The position numbers and the translations under genes are program-made. The notes beneath the pieces are model-generated. The model had not been told where the DNA came from. It did no database searches and saw nothing but the letters and a program-made list of their open reading frames with translations. A stretch of 64,000 bases of DNA from Octopus vulgaris (Eukaryota), in the NCBI GenBank assembly GCA_951406725.2, contig OX597815.1:4588001-4652000 (forward strand). Direction: 5' to 3'. Shown one piece after another: positions 13,165 through 27,203 of this stretch; the first letter of the stretch is position 1, and every line of letters starts with the position of its first letter.

Positions 13165-13998
13165 TTATAGGACATTTTTATGCTTTGGTGAGGCAAGAGA
13201 CTATATATGTCTTACATCTTTTACTTGTTTCAGTCTTTGGACTGTGGCCATGCTGGGGCACTGCCTTGAAGGGTTTTAATCAACCAATTCAACCCCAGTA
13301 CCTATGTGGTTTTGTTTATATCAAGTCTGGTCAGTCTTTATTCTGTTGGTCTCTTTTGCTGAACCCCTAAGTAACTAGGACATAAACAAACCAACACTGG
13401 TTACCATGCAGTGGTGGATGGTGTGTGAGGGAACAGGGGTTTTGCAAACACAGATAAAAAGACACACACTGACAGACATACATATATGTGTGTGTGCATG
13501 TGTGTGTGTGTGTGTGTGCGTGCGTGTGTGTGTGACAGGCTTCCACACGGTTTCCATCCACCAAATTCACTAACAAGGCATTAGTCAGCCTGACGATACT
13601 TTCCCAAGGTGTCGTACTGTAGGACTGAACCCAAAGCCACCAGGTTGCAAATAAAGCTGCCTAACCACGCAGCCATGCCTGCATCTTTTTTGTTGAAGAA
13701 ATCAAACAATGAAAGAATCTATTTGTCTGTCTTTGAAGATTACCAAAGATTTTGATTTTTTTTAAAAATTAGGTATTTTTTCTATGTTTTTTTTTTTTTC
13801 GCTTTGGTTTTTAAATAGAATTAATCTTCCACTTATATAAACATTTATAATATCTCTAAAAAAAAACAAACAAAAAAAAAAACAAAATTCCACCAAACTC
13901 ATTTCTGATAATAAAAACCAAACAACATCAAAGAGACAGACTTCTTCTTCGTCTTTTTCTTTTTTCCTTTTTCTTTTTTTTTTCTTCCCATCATACAG

Positions 13999-14088
13999 AT
14001 TTTCTGTAGAAACAGAAGCAGTAAATTTGGTCGTGTCTTTCTCAAAGACTACAGCAACATAAGAAAAGTGGAATGGGTTCAAATGAAG
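13999..14088 (+). CDS. Candidate 90-nt internal exon of an unidentified plus-strand gene
   Basis: A ~50-nt polypyrimidine tract precedes catacag|; donor AAG|gttgag. Only frame 0 is open: IFCRNRSSKFGRVFLKDYSNIRKVEWVQMK. No family recognised. Confidence 0.4.
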
Positions 14089-14116
14089 GTTGAGCCCTCA
14101 CTGCTGGGGTCCTTTG

Positions 14117-14147
<31 letters not shown>

Positions 14148-14599
14148 TATCATCCTTTTAACATCCATCTTCCATGCTGCATGGAACAGATAGAATCGGT
14201 TGAAATAGATTGTCTACACCCAGGGGCCTTTCCTGTTACCAACCACAGGCTAAATGGCGTTCGTGCTGGTGGCACGTAAAAAGCACCATTTGAGCATGAT
14301 CATTACAGCGGTGCCTTACTGGCACTTGTGCCGGTGTGCAGGTGACACGAAAAAAAAAGAAAAAAACACCTCTTGAGCATGGTTGTTGCCAGAACCGCCT
14401 GACTGGCCCTCATGCCGGTGTACATTAAAGCACCCACTACACTCTTGGAGTGGTTGGCGTTATGAAGGGCTGATCAAGATTGGAGCCTGGTGCAGCCATC
14501 TGGTTCGCCAGCCCTCAGTCAAATCGTCCAACCCATGCTAGCATGGAAAGCAGATGTTAAATGATGATGATGATGATATAGTAATATTATATATACAGG

Positions 14600-15146
14600 T
14601 GCATGAGGCACCCATTTTCCAAGTTTAGGAACCTGTCCAAGTTGTGGAAGATAATGATGAACAGTTGTATGCTTTGAACTAAGCTTTATTGCCAATTCTT
14701 CAACTGATAATGCAGGATTTTCTTCAAGTAATGCCGCAAGGAGCTTATCATCAAACTCAACCGGACGTCCTGTTCGATCTTCATCTTCAAAGCTGAAATC
14801 TCCACTTCTGAATTTTGCAAACCATCTTCTGCAAGTTCTTTCATTCAAGCATTCTTTCCCATAAACTGAGTGTATGTTTCGAGTCGCTTCGGCTGCAGAG
14901 TTTCCTTTTTTTGTACTCATAAAGCATTATGTGCCTCAAATGCTCTTTGGATACTTCCGTGTTAGAAAGGGTTTTAATCAAAGAAATTTTAATTCTATTA
15001 TTCTGTAAAATAATATTTAATTAGTTTAAATGTACACAAATGTATAAAAATAATTTTTAATTCCATTAAACATTCTAAAATACTATTAAATTTAATTCAA
15101 TTTTAAAAAAGGTAAGATTGGACAAAACTTATGGGATGACCTGATA
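14600..15146 (-). mobile_element. Truncated mariner element (N-terminal HTH)
   Basis: GNSAAEATRNIHSVYGKECLNERTCRRWFAKFRSGDFSFEDEDRTGRP..KLGKWVPH. One end (tatcaggtcatcccataag on the minus strand) is retained. Confidence 0.88.
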
Positions 15147-15649
15147 TATATAAGCATATGTATGTATGTTTGTGTGTCTGTGTTTGTCCCCCCAACATCG
15201 CTTGACAACCGACACTGGTGTGTTTACATCCCCGTAACTTAGCAGTTCAGCAAAAGCGACTAATAGAATAATTACGAGGCTTACAAAGAATAAGTCCTGG
15301 AACCGATTTGTTTGACTAAAGACGGTGCTCCAGCATGGTCTCAGTCAAATGACTGAAACAAATAAAAGAATAAAAGAGAATACATACATATATGTATGTA
15401 TATATATATACATACATACATATCCCTCTCTCTTTCGGAGAGGCACAAGCACCTACATGCACATATACACACACAGCAGTAACTTCCGCCTGCCGAATTC
15501 AATCACAAAGCTTCGGTCGGCTCGGGGCTATAGCAGAAGACACCTACCCAAAGTGCCACGCAGTGGGACTGAACCCGAAACCATGTAGCTAGGAAGCAAG
15601 CTCCCTAACCACACAGCCATGCCCGCGCCTAATATATATATATATATAT

Positions 15650-16393
15650 GTCTGCTTTCCATGCTAGCATGGGTTGGACGGTTCGACCGGGGTCTGGGAA
15701 GCCAGAAGGCTGCACCAGGCCCAGTCTGATCTGGCAGTGTTTCTACAGCTGGATGCCCTTCCTGACGCCAACCACTCTGTGAGTGTAGTGGGTGCTTTTT
15801 ACATGCCACCGGCACAGGTGCCAGGCGAGGCTGGCAACGACCACGATCGGTTGGAGCTTTTTACGTGCTATCGGCACGGAGGCCAGTCGGAGTGGCGCTG
15901 GCAACGGCCACGTTCGGATGGTTCTTTTACGTGCCACTGGCACTGGTATCACAACTACAATTTCCATTGATTTTTGAACGATTTCGATTTTGATTTCACT
16001 TGCCTCAAGCAGAGTTTTGTGTCCCAAGAAGGAAAGGTATGCATAAATGGGCTGGTTACACCCCTGGCATACGCCACGGGTTATGGTCTCACTTGTCCTG
16101 CTGGGTCTTCTCACGCACAGCATACTTCTCTGGTCATTTCCTCGGTGAGACCTAAAGTTCGAAGGTCGTCCTTCACCACCTCGTCCCAGGTTTTCCTGGG
16201 TCCACCTCTTCCACAGGTTCCCTCAACTGCTAGAGTGTGGCATTTTTTCACACAGATATCCTCATCCATTCTCGCCACATGACCATACCAGAGCAGTCGT
16301 CTCTCTTGCACACCACAACTGATGCTTCTTAGGTCCAACTTTTCTCTCAAGGTACTTACACTCTGTCGAGTATGAACACTGACATTACACATC
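15650..16393 (-). mobile_element. RTE-clade LINE 3' end continuous with the family A tail
   Basis: ERRLLWYGHVARMDED..GTCGRGGPRKTWDEVVKDDL is a typical RTE C-terminus and runs into family A sequence. Confidence 0.85.
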
Positions 16394-16394
16394 C

Positions 16395-16426
<32 letters not shown>

Positions 16427-16846
16427 GGCTTCTTTCAGTTTCTGTCTATGTATTGAAACTGGTAGAGTGAATAGTCACCATTTTATAATCTTTTGTATTG
16501 AATCTAATTTTGTTTCCGTCTACCAAATCCACTCGCAAGGCTTTGGTCAGCCCAAGGCCATAGTAGAAGACACTTGCCCAAGGTGCCACACAGTGGGACT
16601 GAACCTGGAACCATGTGGTTGGTAAGCAAGCTACTTACCACACAGCCACTCCTGCACCTCCCATCTACATATAAGCATTATATTTATCACTTTATATTGA
16701 AGTGCAATATATTCATGGAATCGAAGACATGTCGCTGCTCTGAATAAGCATCAAAAACATTTGGTGCTGCTTAGAGAAAAAAAATACACAAAACAAAAAG
16801 AACAAAAAACACACACACACACACACACACACAAAAACACACACAC

Positions 16847-16891
<45 letters not shown>

Positions 16892-18234
16892 CAGCAATAT
16901 GTTGAGTGTCTGAAAAATTTCACATTTTATTGACTTGGCGTTTATTGATTGATTATTCTTGAAAAAAAATTTGGATCAGTCTTAGAAGTCTGTGCGTCAA
17001 GATTTCCTTCCAGAGACAAGTGTACCAATATCTGTAGCCAGGATGTTCTATTTCTTATTCTATGTTATTCTCTCTCTCTCTCTCTCTCTGTCACCACCCA
17101 CCCACCCACCCACCACTTTCATTTCAGATGCGTTTCCTCTTCTCTCTCTCTCACAACACAAGAGTGCATGTGTGCATGTGTGTGTGTGTGTCTGTGTGTA
17201 GATATCCATTCATACATACACACAAACATACATATAAGCACTTTTTCCTTTCTCTCATTTTCCATCATCATCATCATCATCATCGTCATTTAACGTCTGC
17301 TTTCCATGCTGGCATGGGTTGGACGGTTTGACTGAGGACTAGCAAGCCGGGAGGCTGCACCAGGCTCCAATCTTGATCTGGCAAGGTTTCTACAGCTGGA
17401 TGCCCTTCCTAATGCCAACTACCCTGAGAATATAGTGGGTGCTTTTATGTGCCACTGGCATGAGGGCCAGCCATGCGGCACTGGCAGTGACCACACTCAA
17501 AGGTGTTTTTTTACGTGCCACCTGCACAGTAGCCCGTCCAGCGGCACTGGCAACATATACATATATTACATATTTTGTATTTTATACCCAAACTATTATA
17601 TTTAATTTATCTTATTCGTTTATCCACATAATTGCCTCTGTGTCTGTGTGAGTGTGTGTGTGATGATTTAATGTCATTTTCCAGGCTGGTATAGGTAGGA
17701 CAGCTTGACAGAAGCTGCCCCAAGCTCCCACTGTCTGTTTTAGCATGGGTTCTACAGCTGGATGCTCTTCCTAATGCCAACCACTTCACAGAGTGTACTG
17801 GGTGCTGTTTCCATGACACCTACACAAGTGCTTTTTATGTAGCACCATTGACAGTCTTTTTCATGTGACCCCATCAACAGTCCCTTCTAACCCTTAAATC
17901 TCTCAACAGGCACACAGTCACCACCCCCTCTGTACTACTCACCACTTCCCAGCTCTGGGGTTTTTTTGTTTTGCAAATTACTTGTTGACCCTGTTGGTGC
18001 TACGTAAAAAGCACCCAACACATTCTGTAAAGTGGTTGGCATTAGGAAGGGTGCCCAACCGGAGAAACCATGTCAAAAACAATGGGGCCTGGTACTGTTC
18101 CGGGACTTACCGGCTCCTGTCAAACCATCCAACGCATGCCAGCATGCAAAACAGATGTTTGATGATGTTGATGACGATGATGTTGATGACGATGATGTTG
18201 ATGATTATGATGATGATGTGATGATCATGATTAG

Positions 18235-18465
18235 GGCGGCAAGCTGGCAGAAACGTTAGAACGCCGGGCGAAATGCTTAGCAGTATTTTGTCTGCCATTA
18301 CGTTCTGAGTACAAATTCCGCCGAGGTCGACTTTGCATTTCATCCTTTCGGGGTCGATTAAATAAGTACTAGTTATGCACTGGGGTCGATGTAATCGACT
18401 TAATCCATTTGTATGTCCTTGTTCGTCCCCTCTATGTTTAGCCCCTTGTGGGTAATAAAGAAACA
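18235..18465 (+). mobile_element. SINE family C (Nin/Deu-like core)
   Basis: ggcggcaagctggcagaaacg..ccgaggtcgactttgcatttcatcctttcggggtcgat. Also at 12210-12410, 37325-37533(-, TSD GCCTTTCATAAT), and as tandem multimers at 39395-39985(-) and 54128-54530(-). Confidence 0.75.
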
Positions 18466-18985
18466 GATTATGATGATGGTTATGATGATGATTATGATGA
18501 TGATGATGATTGTTCTATCTTTCCTGATATTAAAAACAATAATTACACACACGCCCACACATGTGTGTGAATGTGCATGTGTGTGTGTGTGTGTGCGTGT
18601 GCGTGCCTGTGTGTGTGTGTGCCCGTGTGTGTGTAGAATATGTATGTTGTAAGAGTACATTAATGAATGCACGTACATACTTGTCAGCACACACACAGAT
18701 GTCTACACTGTATTGCACTGTAACCAATGACAGCTTACACATACACACAATCACCAACACAGATAAACATATACTTCAATACATACACGTAAATACACAA
18801 ACATAATACATTTACATATAGGCGCAGGAGTGGCTGTGTGGTAAGTAGCTTGCTAACCAACCACATGGTTCCGGGTTCAGTCCCACTGCGTGGCATCTTG
18901 GGCAAGTGTCTTCTGCTATAGCCCCGGGCCGACCAATGCCTTGTGAGTGGATTTGGTAGATGGAAACTGAAAGAAGCCTGTCGTA

Positions 18986-19027
<42 letters not shown>

Positions 19028-19225
19028 TGTGTGTGTGTATGTGTTTGTGTGTCTGTGTTTGTCCCCCTTTATTGCTAGACAACCGATGCTGGTGTGTTTA
19101 CATCCCCGTCACTTAGCGGTTCGGCAAAAGAGACCGATAGAATAAATACTGGGCTTACAAAGAATAAGTCCCGGGGTCGAGTTGCTCGACTAAAGGCGGT
19201 GCTCCAGCATGGCCACAGTCAAATG

Positions 19226-20208
19226 ACTGAAACAAGTAAAAGAGTATACATACATACATACATACACACACATACATACATACATACATACGTACATACA
19301 TACATACACACATACATATATACATACATACATACATACATACGTACATACACACACACATACATACATACATACATACATACATACATACATACATACA
19401 TACATACATGATGCCAGCCCCCTCGTTATCGAGTATGGCCATTGCACGAAGCTTAACTGTTACTGGTGCTGGGATCGAATGTGACTTTTTAGCCCAGCTA
19501 AAGATCTACAATGTCTTGTACAAAATTGGGAGCTAAAACCTTTACCGGTAATAGCCGGCTGTTGTTGTAATTGGGCTTCATGTACCTTTGCATGTCGTTT
19601 AAGTCCTCCTGCCGAATTACACTCTCTTCCACATACATACATACATACATACATACACATGCATACATATATACATACATACATACATACATACATACAT
19701 ACATACATACATACATACATACGTACGTACGTACGTACGTACGTACATACATACATACATACATACATACATACATACATACATACATACACACACACAT
19801 ACATACATACATACATACATACATACATACGTACGTACGTACGTACGTACGTACGTACGTACATACATACATACATACATACATACATACATACACACAC
19901 ACATACATACATACATACATACATACATACATACGTACGTACGTACGTACGTACGTACGTACGTACGTACATACATACATACATACATACATACATACAT
20001 ACATACACACACACATACATACATACATACATACATACATACATACATACATACATACACACATACATACATACATACATACATACATACATACATACAT
20101 ACACACACACATACATACATACATACATACATACATACATACATACATACATACATACATACATACATACATACATACACACACACGTACGTACATACAT
20201 ACATACAT

Positions 20209-20246
<38 letters not shown>

Positions 20247-20312
20247 GTACGTACGTACGTACGTACGTACGTACGTACATACATACATACATACACACAT
20301 ACATACATACAT

Positions 20313-20350
<38 letters not shown>

Positions 20351-20700
20351 GTACGTACGTACGTACGTACGTACGTACATACATACATACGTACGTACGT
20401 ACGTACGTACATACATACATACATACATACGTACATACATACATACATACATACATACATACATACATACATACATACATACACACATACATACGTACAT
20501 ACATACATACGTACATACATACATACGTACGTACGTACGTACGTACATACATACATACATACATACATACATACAAACATACACACATACATACATACAT
20601 ACATACATACATACACACATACATACATACACACATACATACATACAAACATACATACATACAAACATACACACATACATACATACATACATACATACAT

Positions 20701-20738
<38 letters not shown>

Positions 20739-21174
20739 GTACGTACGTACGTACGTACATACATACATACGTACGTACGTACGTACGTACGTACATACAT
20801 ACATACATACATACGTACATACATACATACATACATACATACATACATACATACACACATACATACGTACATACATACATACGTACATACATACATACGT
20901 ACGTACGTACGTACGTACGTACATACATACATACATACATACATACATACATACAAACATACACACATACATACATACATACATACATACATACACACAT
21001 ACATACATACAAACATACATACATACAAACATACACACATACATACATACATACATACATACATACACACATACATACATACAAACATACATACATACAA
21101 ACATACACACATACATACATACATACATACATACATTCATACATACATACATACATACATACATACATACATAC
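19226..21174. repeat. Compound (TACA)n/(TACG)n/(CA)n microsatellite with an embedded LINE fragment
   Basis: Directly visible; it produces the 515-567 aa HTYI/MYVC pseudo-ORFs. Confidence 0.97.
19409..19630 (-). mobile_element. RTE/RTE-X-like LINE 3' end with two C2H2-like motifs
   Basis: CGRECNSAGGLKRHAKVH..FCTRHCRSLAGLKSHIRSQH*, then a short UTR and (ATGT)n tail. A related fragment lies at about 1965-2290(-) (CATCGEAC..VKRH..CALCKR..SHTRASH). Confidence 0.7.
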
Positions 21175-22031
21175 AGAGTGCGATGGGTAAATTGTCATCA
21201 TTTTATAATCTTAATTTCATGCATATGCATTGTTTGTTTTTGATTTTGTCAACTGCACAGTATTGTAGGGTCAGTTGGGCACCGTTTATGAGAAAAAGAG
21301 CATCATGACACAGGTCACTCTACCAGAAGTTTGGAAATGACATGCTGTGCTGCATGCCATTTTGGTATAAATCTGAGGACAGTGCAATCTGAGGACATGT
21401 ACCGAGAGTGATACAAAATCAAACAATTAGTCAACATCATGGTGTTTGGAGTGATCACTAGTGATGGCGACGTTATGCCTTCATTCATCTTCCGACATGG
21501 CCTGACACTCAACAGGGGGGGCCTACATCAAGTGCCTGGAGGAAAGTGGTGCTGCCCTGGGTGAAGAGGATGGCTGCTGGAAGACCCTATGTCCAGCAAC
21601 AGGACTCTGCACCAATACCATACAAGCAGGAGAACCCATTCATGGCTGTCACACAATTTCTGTGACCACATCACCCCTAACATCTGGCCACCTAACTCCC
21701 CGGACTGCCACCCCCTTGATTATTATGTGTGGGGTGCAGTTGAGTGAAAGGTCAACAAAGATCCTTGTAACACCAAAAATGATCTGAAGGCAAGAATTAT
21801 GGCAGCATTCACAAACTTAAACAAGGAGAATGTCCAGAAGAGTTGCAGGAGATTCCAAAGTCGTCTGAAGGCCATGGTTGAAGCTAATGGCGATTTTATT
21901 GAATAAATTTACTCCCTTTAGTATTTCAAAATATTTTTCTGTAATTTTGGTAAATATATCTGTTAAAATGAGAGGTCAATGTTATTTTTCTTTTTATGTA
22001 ATTCAGACGACAGTTTATTCACTGCACCCTG
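21173..22031 (+). mobile_element. Internally deleted Tc1/mariner element of DD37D (maT) type
   Basis: Degenerate TIRs (cagagtgcgatgggtaaattgtc / gacagtttattcactgcaccctg) and a decayed catalytic domain (QQDSAP..WPPNSPD..PLDYYVWG). Confidence 0.82.
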
Positions 22032-22284
22032 AATTTATATTTATATATATATATATCATCATCATCATATATATAAATATATCATCATGTATGTATTTAT
22101 ATATATATATATATATATATCGTAAGAAACACTGGAATTACCGAGGCAAGAAAATATTTGCCTGTAAAGTGATTATGCTTAAAGAAAAGCCATCTGGAAG
22201 TGGGTGAAGAAATATGTTTGGTAAAGTTATTATTTCGTTGAAGAGAAAATTCTTCAGGGAACAGCAGAAAGTTTTGTGTTGTAG

Positions 22285-22319
22285 ATAAGAAAGGAGACGA
22301 CATTTGGATGGAAAGAATG
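22285..22319 (+). CDS. Weak candidate 35-nt exon
   Basis: ttttgtgttgtag|ATA...GAA TG|gtagga encodes IRKETTFGWKE(W); phase 0-2 would bridge the 13999 exon to the 25483 or 28761 candidates. Another frame (KKGDDIWMERM) is also open. Confidence 0.2.
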
Positions 22320-22710
22320 GTAGGAGTCAAATGTATATACATATATATATGCATATGTATATATAAACATATACACACACGCGCGCACACACATACACAT
22401 ACATATATTTACACTCACATGCCATCGCAAATTTACACACACACACACTAACATGCACATATGCATACACACACATACATGCATTTAGATATGTAAAGAT
22501 ACATACATATATCTTCATCATCATCATCATCATCAATATTTAACATCTACTTATACAAATATGTGTGTGTATGTTTATATATATATGTGTGTGTGTGTAT
22601 ATGTGTGTATATATGTATATGTACCTTGTAATTTTACTTTGTTATATATATATATATATATATATTTATTCATACACACACATATACATATGTGTATACT
22701 TGTGTTTATA

Positions 22711-22750
<40 letters not shown>

Positions 22751-22809
22751 AAATAGACATATTTATAAAATACATCTGTGTCCCCATGCAATCATTCAGG
22801 CTCTGTTAA

Positions 22810-23200
22810 TACATTTTGTATATTTTGAAAACAAAGACATTGGATAGTAATAGAATAAAGAAAAACTTGAAAAAAACACAAAGAATTTTGATGCAAGAAA
22901 TAGAACAAGAAGAAAGAAACAAAATGAAGAAAACCAAAATCCCGTCCTCCCTCATCGCAGAAACCACATCAAATGCAGCTGGTCTAGAACAGGATAATAG
23001 AAAACATGTCAAAATCTCTGAGACAGCAACTCAATTAGGAGCAGGTGCTGTTCTCCAGTTTACTAAAAGAAGCTTGTCTATGTGTTTACACCTGCTAGAA
23101 ATTTCAGATCTGGAATTAAGCAGTGTGGTGGAATTGGTGGATCTAAGAAGAATATGAGATCTTTCTGCCACACATAAATTGCATTTCTTGGATGGTGGCA
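22810..23200 (-). mobile_element. Penelope-like element 3' coding end
   Basis: PSKKCNLCVAERSHIL..LLNSRSEISSRCKH..KLLL matches the CxLC..EK..LNxRSE..xCxH terminus of Penelope-like ORFs. Confidence 0.75.
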
Positions 23201-23678
23201 AACTGGTAAAACCATTATCATGCCCAGGCAAAATGGTAAGTGGCATTTTGTCTGTCTTTTAATGTTCTAAGTTCAAATCCCGTTGAGGTCAACTTTGCCT
23301 TTCATCCTTTTGGATAGAAATAAGTACTACTAAGGCAGTGTGGGGTGGGGGAATGTAATCGACTTACGCCCTTCTCCAAAATTGGTGGCCTTGGGCCAAA
23401 ATTTGAAAGTCTAGTTATAATTAGAAACCAATTGGTTGTAGGTAGATTTAAGTCACAAGACATTGTTTCCTTTTATCCTTTTATTTGTTTTGGTCATTTG
23501 ACTGCGACCATGCTGGAGCACCACCTTTAGTCAAATAAATCGACCCCAAGACTTATTCTTTGTAAGCCTGGTACTTATTCCATTGGTTTCTTTTGCTGAA
23601 CTGCTAAGTTATGAGGACATAAACACATTGGTTGTCAAACAATAGTGGGGGGACAAATACAGACACACAAATACAAAC

Positions 23679-23800
<122 letters not shown>

Positions 23801-24374
23801 ATACATATGACAGGCTTCTTTCAGTTTCCATCTACCTAATCCACTTACAAGGCTTTGTTCAGCCTGAAGCTATAGTAAACGACACTTGGCCAAGGTGCCA
23901 CGAAGGACTGAACCCAGAACCACGTGGTTGGGAAGCAAGCTTCTTACCACACAACCACTCCTGCACCTATATATGGTTGCTTTGTATCAAATTATACTGT
24001 TTGACTGTTTTTACAATGGTTTTATCTTGGCAACAGATGGATTGATGGTATTTTGGCTCTAAATGGTTTATTACTTCAGTATAATAGGTATTTTTGTATA
24101 GATGGACACATGAGGCTCCACTTATTTCAACATGTTATACAATGATATATCTATCTATCTATCTATCTATCTATATATATATATATATATATATAACACA
24201 CATGTATATTATGAATGTATATTATATAGTATATTATATACACACATGTATATTATGAATGTATATTATATAGTATATTATATAGTCTTTGACTATCTTT
24301 TCTTTCTCACTAGACCGCTGGTAGTGGAGAATTTTTTCTAGAATTTTTTTGCTACCCTTATATTTATATATATG

Positions 24375-24407
<33 letters not shown>

Positions 24408-24451
24408 CCATCTACTATTCCTGGCAGGTTCTTGGGGCAGAATTCCTGAGG

Positions 24452-24993
24452 TATGAGGGTGAGTCCAAAAGTGATGCCATTTTGTTCAGGACAGATATAA
24501 TTACTGACACAGGAACAGGTATCATACATCAAAAGGAAGCTTATTTTGAGTTTATTGTTTTACCTGTATCATTCGACCAGAATGACACCTTGAGCATCCC
24601 AAAAGATTTTTCTGGCTGACTTTTGTGTCTTGAACTTTTTCGGTGGTGCTGACGTAGAGTGGCACCATTCCATTGACTGCCTCTTTGATTCTGGTTCATA
24701 ATGATCAACCCATGTTCCATCACCTGTTACGAGCCTTCGAAAGGAGGTGTTGTCTCTTTGACTTTCTAGTACAGAAGTGGCTTAAAGAACAGTCAACAGA
24801 ATTCTACGGGGCAGGGATGTATGCTCTCATTCAAAGGTGGAACATTGCTTTTGAGAGAAACGGTGACTATGTTGCGAAGTAGGGATGTGATCCACAGAGG
24901 ACCAGCTTCATTTTGACGTATGATACATGTTCCTGTGTTGGTAATTATGCCTGTCCTAAACAAAATGGCATTACTTTTTGACTCACCTTTGTA
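24452..24993. mobile_element. Mariner-derived non-autonomous element with ~90-bp inverted ends
   Basis: TA-tgagggtgagtccaaaag... / ...ctttttgactcacctttg-TA. The interior has a transposase C-terminus (ALIQRWNIAFERNGDYV) on the plus strand and an upstream piece on the minus strand. Confidence 0.8.
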
Positions 24994-25482
24994 CATCCTG
25001 CATAGGGTCCTATCAAAAGCAACCATCATTACACTTTCTGGCTGGATTTACAAGTGTGACCAATGGAAATTATGGATGTTATCCAACCGTCTTGTTCATG
25101 GTCTACTCCAAGGTCTCCTGTCAGTTGACTTAGCTCGAAGAATCTGTCTTGAGATTCTTTCCTCTGACATTCTAGCCACGAGTCCATTGAACTGAACCTG
25201 TGACCTCTCAATGTAGAAAAGCATAATACACACACACACATGCGTGCACGCGCACATATAACCCTGCCACATTCCATTCCTCACACTTATGCATGAAATA
25301 GAAATGGAACAGAACTGTTGTGTGTGTGTATGTGTGTGTTATTAGCTTAATGACCCTCCCAAGACAAAACAAAATGGTAATATAATAATTCTCTGAATTC
25401 TAATCAGTTCTAATCTCACATCTGTCTACCAAAGTTAGTGCCGTGTCTTGTCAACAGAAATCAATGTTTCTTGTTTGTGTAG

Positions 25483-25528
25483 GAATAAATTTAAACTGAT
25501 GCAGAAACTTCTCCCTATATTTAGATAA
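25483..25528 (+). CDS. Weak candidate alternative terminal exon
   Basis: tttcttgtttgtgtag|G AAT AAA ... AGA TAA encodes NKFKLMQKLLPIFR*, followed by unique AT-rich sequence with AATAAA near 25662. Confidence 0.18.
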
Positions 25529-26034
25529 CGTGTGGCGGCAGCTTCTTCCCCTAAATTTTATTTTAATAATCGATAACACAATGGTGCAGCTAATATCTTT
25601 GAGACTTCAAAAGACTTGAAGACTTTTGGATTTTTTTGGTTTTTGTAAATTTGTTTGTTTGAATAAACAAAAAAGAAAACGGTTTTAGTTGTGTCGGATA
25701 ATATCAGAGGAATTATATTAAACAGAGAAACTTGGGAAGAAATTTAGGTATTGGCCTTTGATGTTGTTCGAAGAAAATAGGTAGGGATGGGGTGGGAGAT
25801 GGGGTGGGAGATGGGGTGGGAGATTAAAATGAGGTGGGGGAGGGAAGAGATGGGGGGGTTAGAGATATATAAAAGGGAGGTAGATATTGGGATAAAGATA
25901 GATAGAGCTTAGGAGAAAGAGAGTAAATGGAGAGAGTGAAGGAGAAAGGAGCAGAACGAGAAAGAAGAAACACTGTTGTGTGAACACACACATTCACACA
26001 CACACATATATATATATGTATATATATATATGTG

Positions 26035-26340
26035 TGGAGGCGCAATGGCCTAGTGGTTAGGGCAGCGGACTCGCGGTCGTAGGATCGCGGTTTCGATTCC
26101 CAGACTGGGCATTGTGTGTGTTTATTGAGCAAAAACACCTAAAAGCTCCACGAGGCTCCAGCATGGGGTGGTGATCCCTGCTGTACTCTTTCACCACTCT
26201 TTCTCCCACTCTTTCTTCTGTTGGCCTGCTCGCTTACCCAGCGGGGTGGCATCAAAGGCTAAAACAATGCGAACGCATTGTGACCAGCGATGTGTAACTA
26301 CATCTGATGGACTGGTCGGTCACGTGATAGTGATAGTGAT
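26035..26340 (+). mobile_element. tRNA-derived SINE family D with (GTGATA)n tail
   Basis: A box TGGCCTAGTGG and B-box-like TTCGATTCC. A related head at 44500-44600 is interrupted by a CR1 insertion. Confidence 0.7.
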
Positions 26341-26406
26341 ATATATGTATATATATATGAATACTTGTGAATGGGTGTTTACACATACACACATACACAC
26401 ACTCAC

Positions 26407-27203
26407 AGACAAAAACTGTCATTTAAATTATGCAAAAATGAAAATAACTCTGACATCTCATTTTAACAGATTTTTTACCAAAATTACATAAAAATATCTT
26501 GAAATATTAAAGAGTAAATTTATTCAATAAAATCGCCATTGGCTTCAACCACGGACTCCAGACGACTTCGGAATCTCCTGCAACTATTTTGTATGGTCTC
26601 CTTGTTTAAGTTGGTCAATGTTGCCATAATCCTTGCCTTCAGTTCACCTTTGGTGTTACAAGGAGTTTTGTTGGCTTCTCGCTCAGCTGCACCCCACACA
26701 TAATAATCGAGGGAGATGCTGTGTGGGGAGTTAGGTGGCCAGATGTTAGGGGTGATGTGGTCACAGAAATTGTCTGACAGCCATGACTGGGTTCTCCTGG
26801 TTGGGTGGTATGGTGCAGAGTCCTGTTGCCAGACATAGGGTCTTCCAGCAGCTACCTTCTTGACCCAAGGCAGCACTACCTCCTCCAGGCACTTGATGTA
26901 GACCTCCAAGTTGAGTCTGAGGCCATGTTGGAAGATGAATGGAGGCATAACGTCACCATCTCTAGTGACCACTCCAAACACCATGATGCTGACTGGATGT
27001 TTGACTTTGATCACTCTCGGTACGTGTCCTCAGATTGCACTGTCCCCAGATTAACACCCAAACACTATTGGAACTTCTGGTGCGAATGCCAAACAGCGCA
27101 GCATGTCATTTCCAAATTTCTGGCAGAGTGAATTGAGTCATGGTGCTGTTTTTCTCACAGACAGTGCCCAATTGACCCTACTATACTGTGTAGTCAACAA
27201 ATG
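26407..27203 (-). mobile_element. Second DD37D (maT) copy, inverted relative to 21173-22031
   Basis: In ORF 26520-27014, 37 residues separate the D of QQD from the D of LDYY. Confidence 0.85.

Noticed and set aside
19460-21308. Five ORFs of 515-567 aa
   Set aside because: They are translations of the stop-free (TACA)n/(TACG)n microsatellite and are open on both strands.
25783-25860. G-quadruplex-like (GATGGGGTGGGA)n tract
   Set aside because: It is a short low-complexity purine tract with no supporting context.
26035-26110. tRNA gene
   Set aside because: It has A/B boxes but no complete acceptor stem and continues into a SINE body and tail. The same applies to 40320-40394 and the family B heads.
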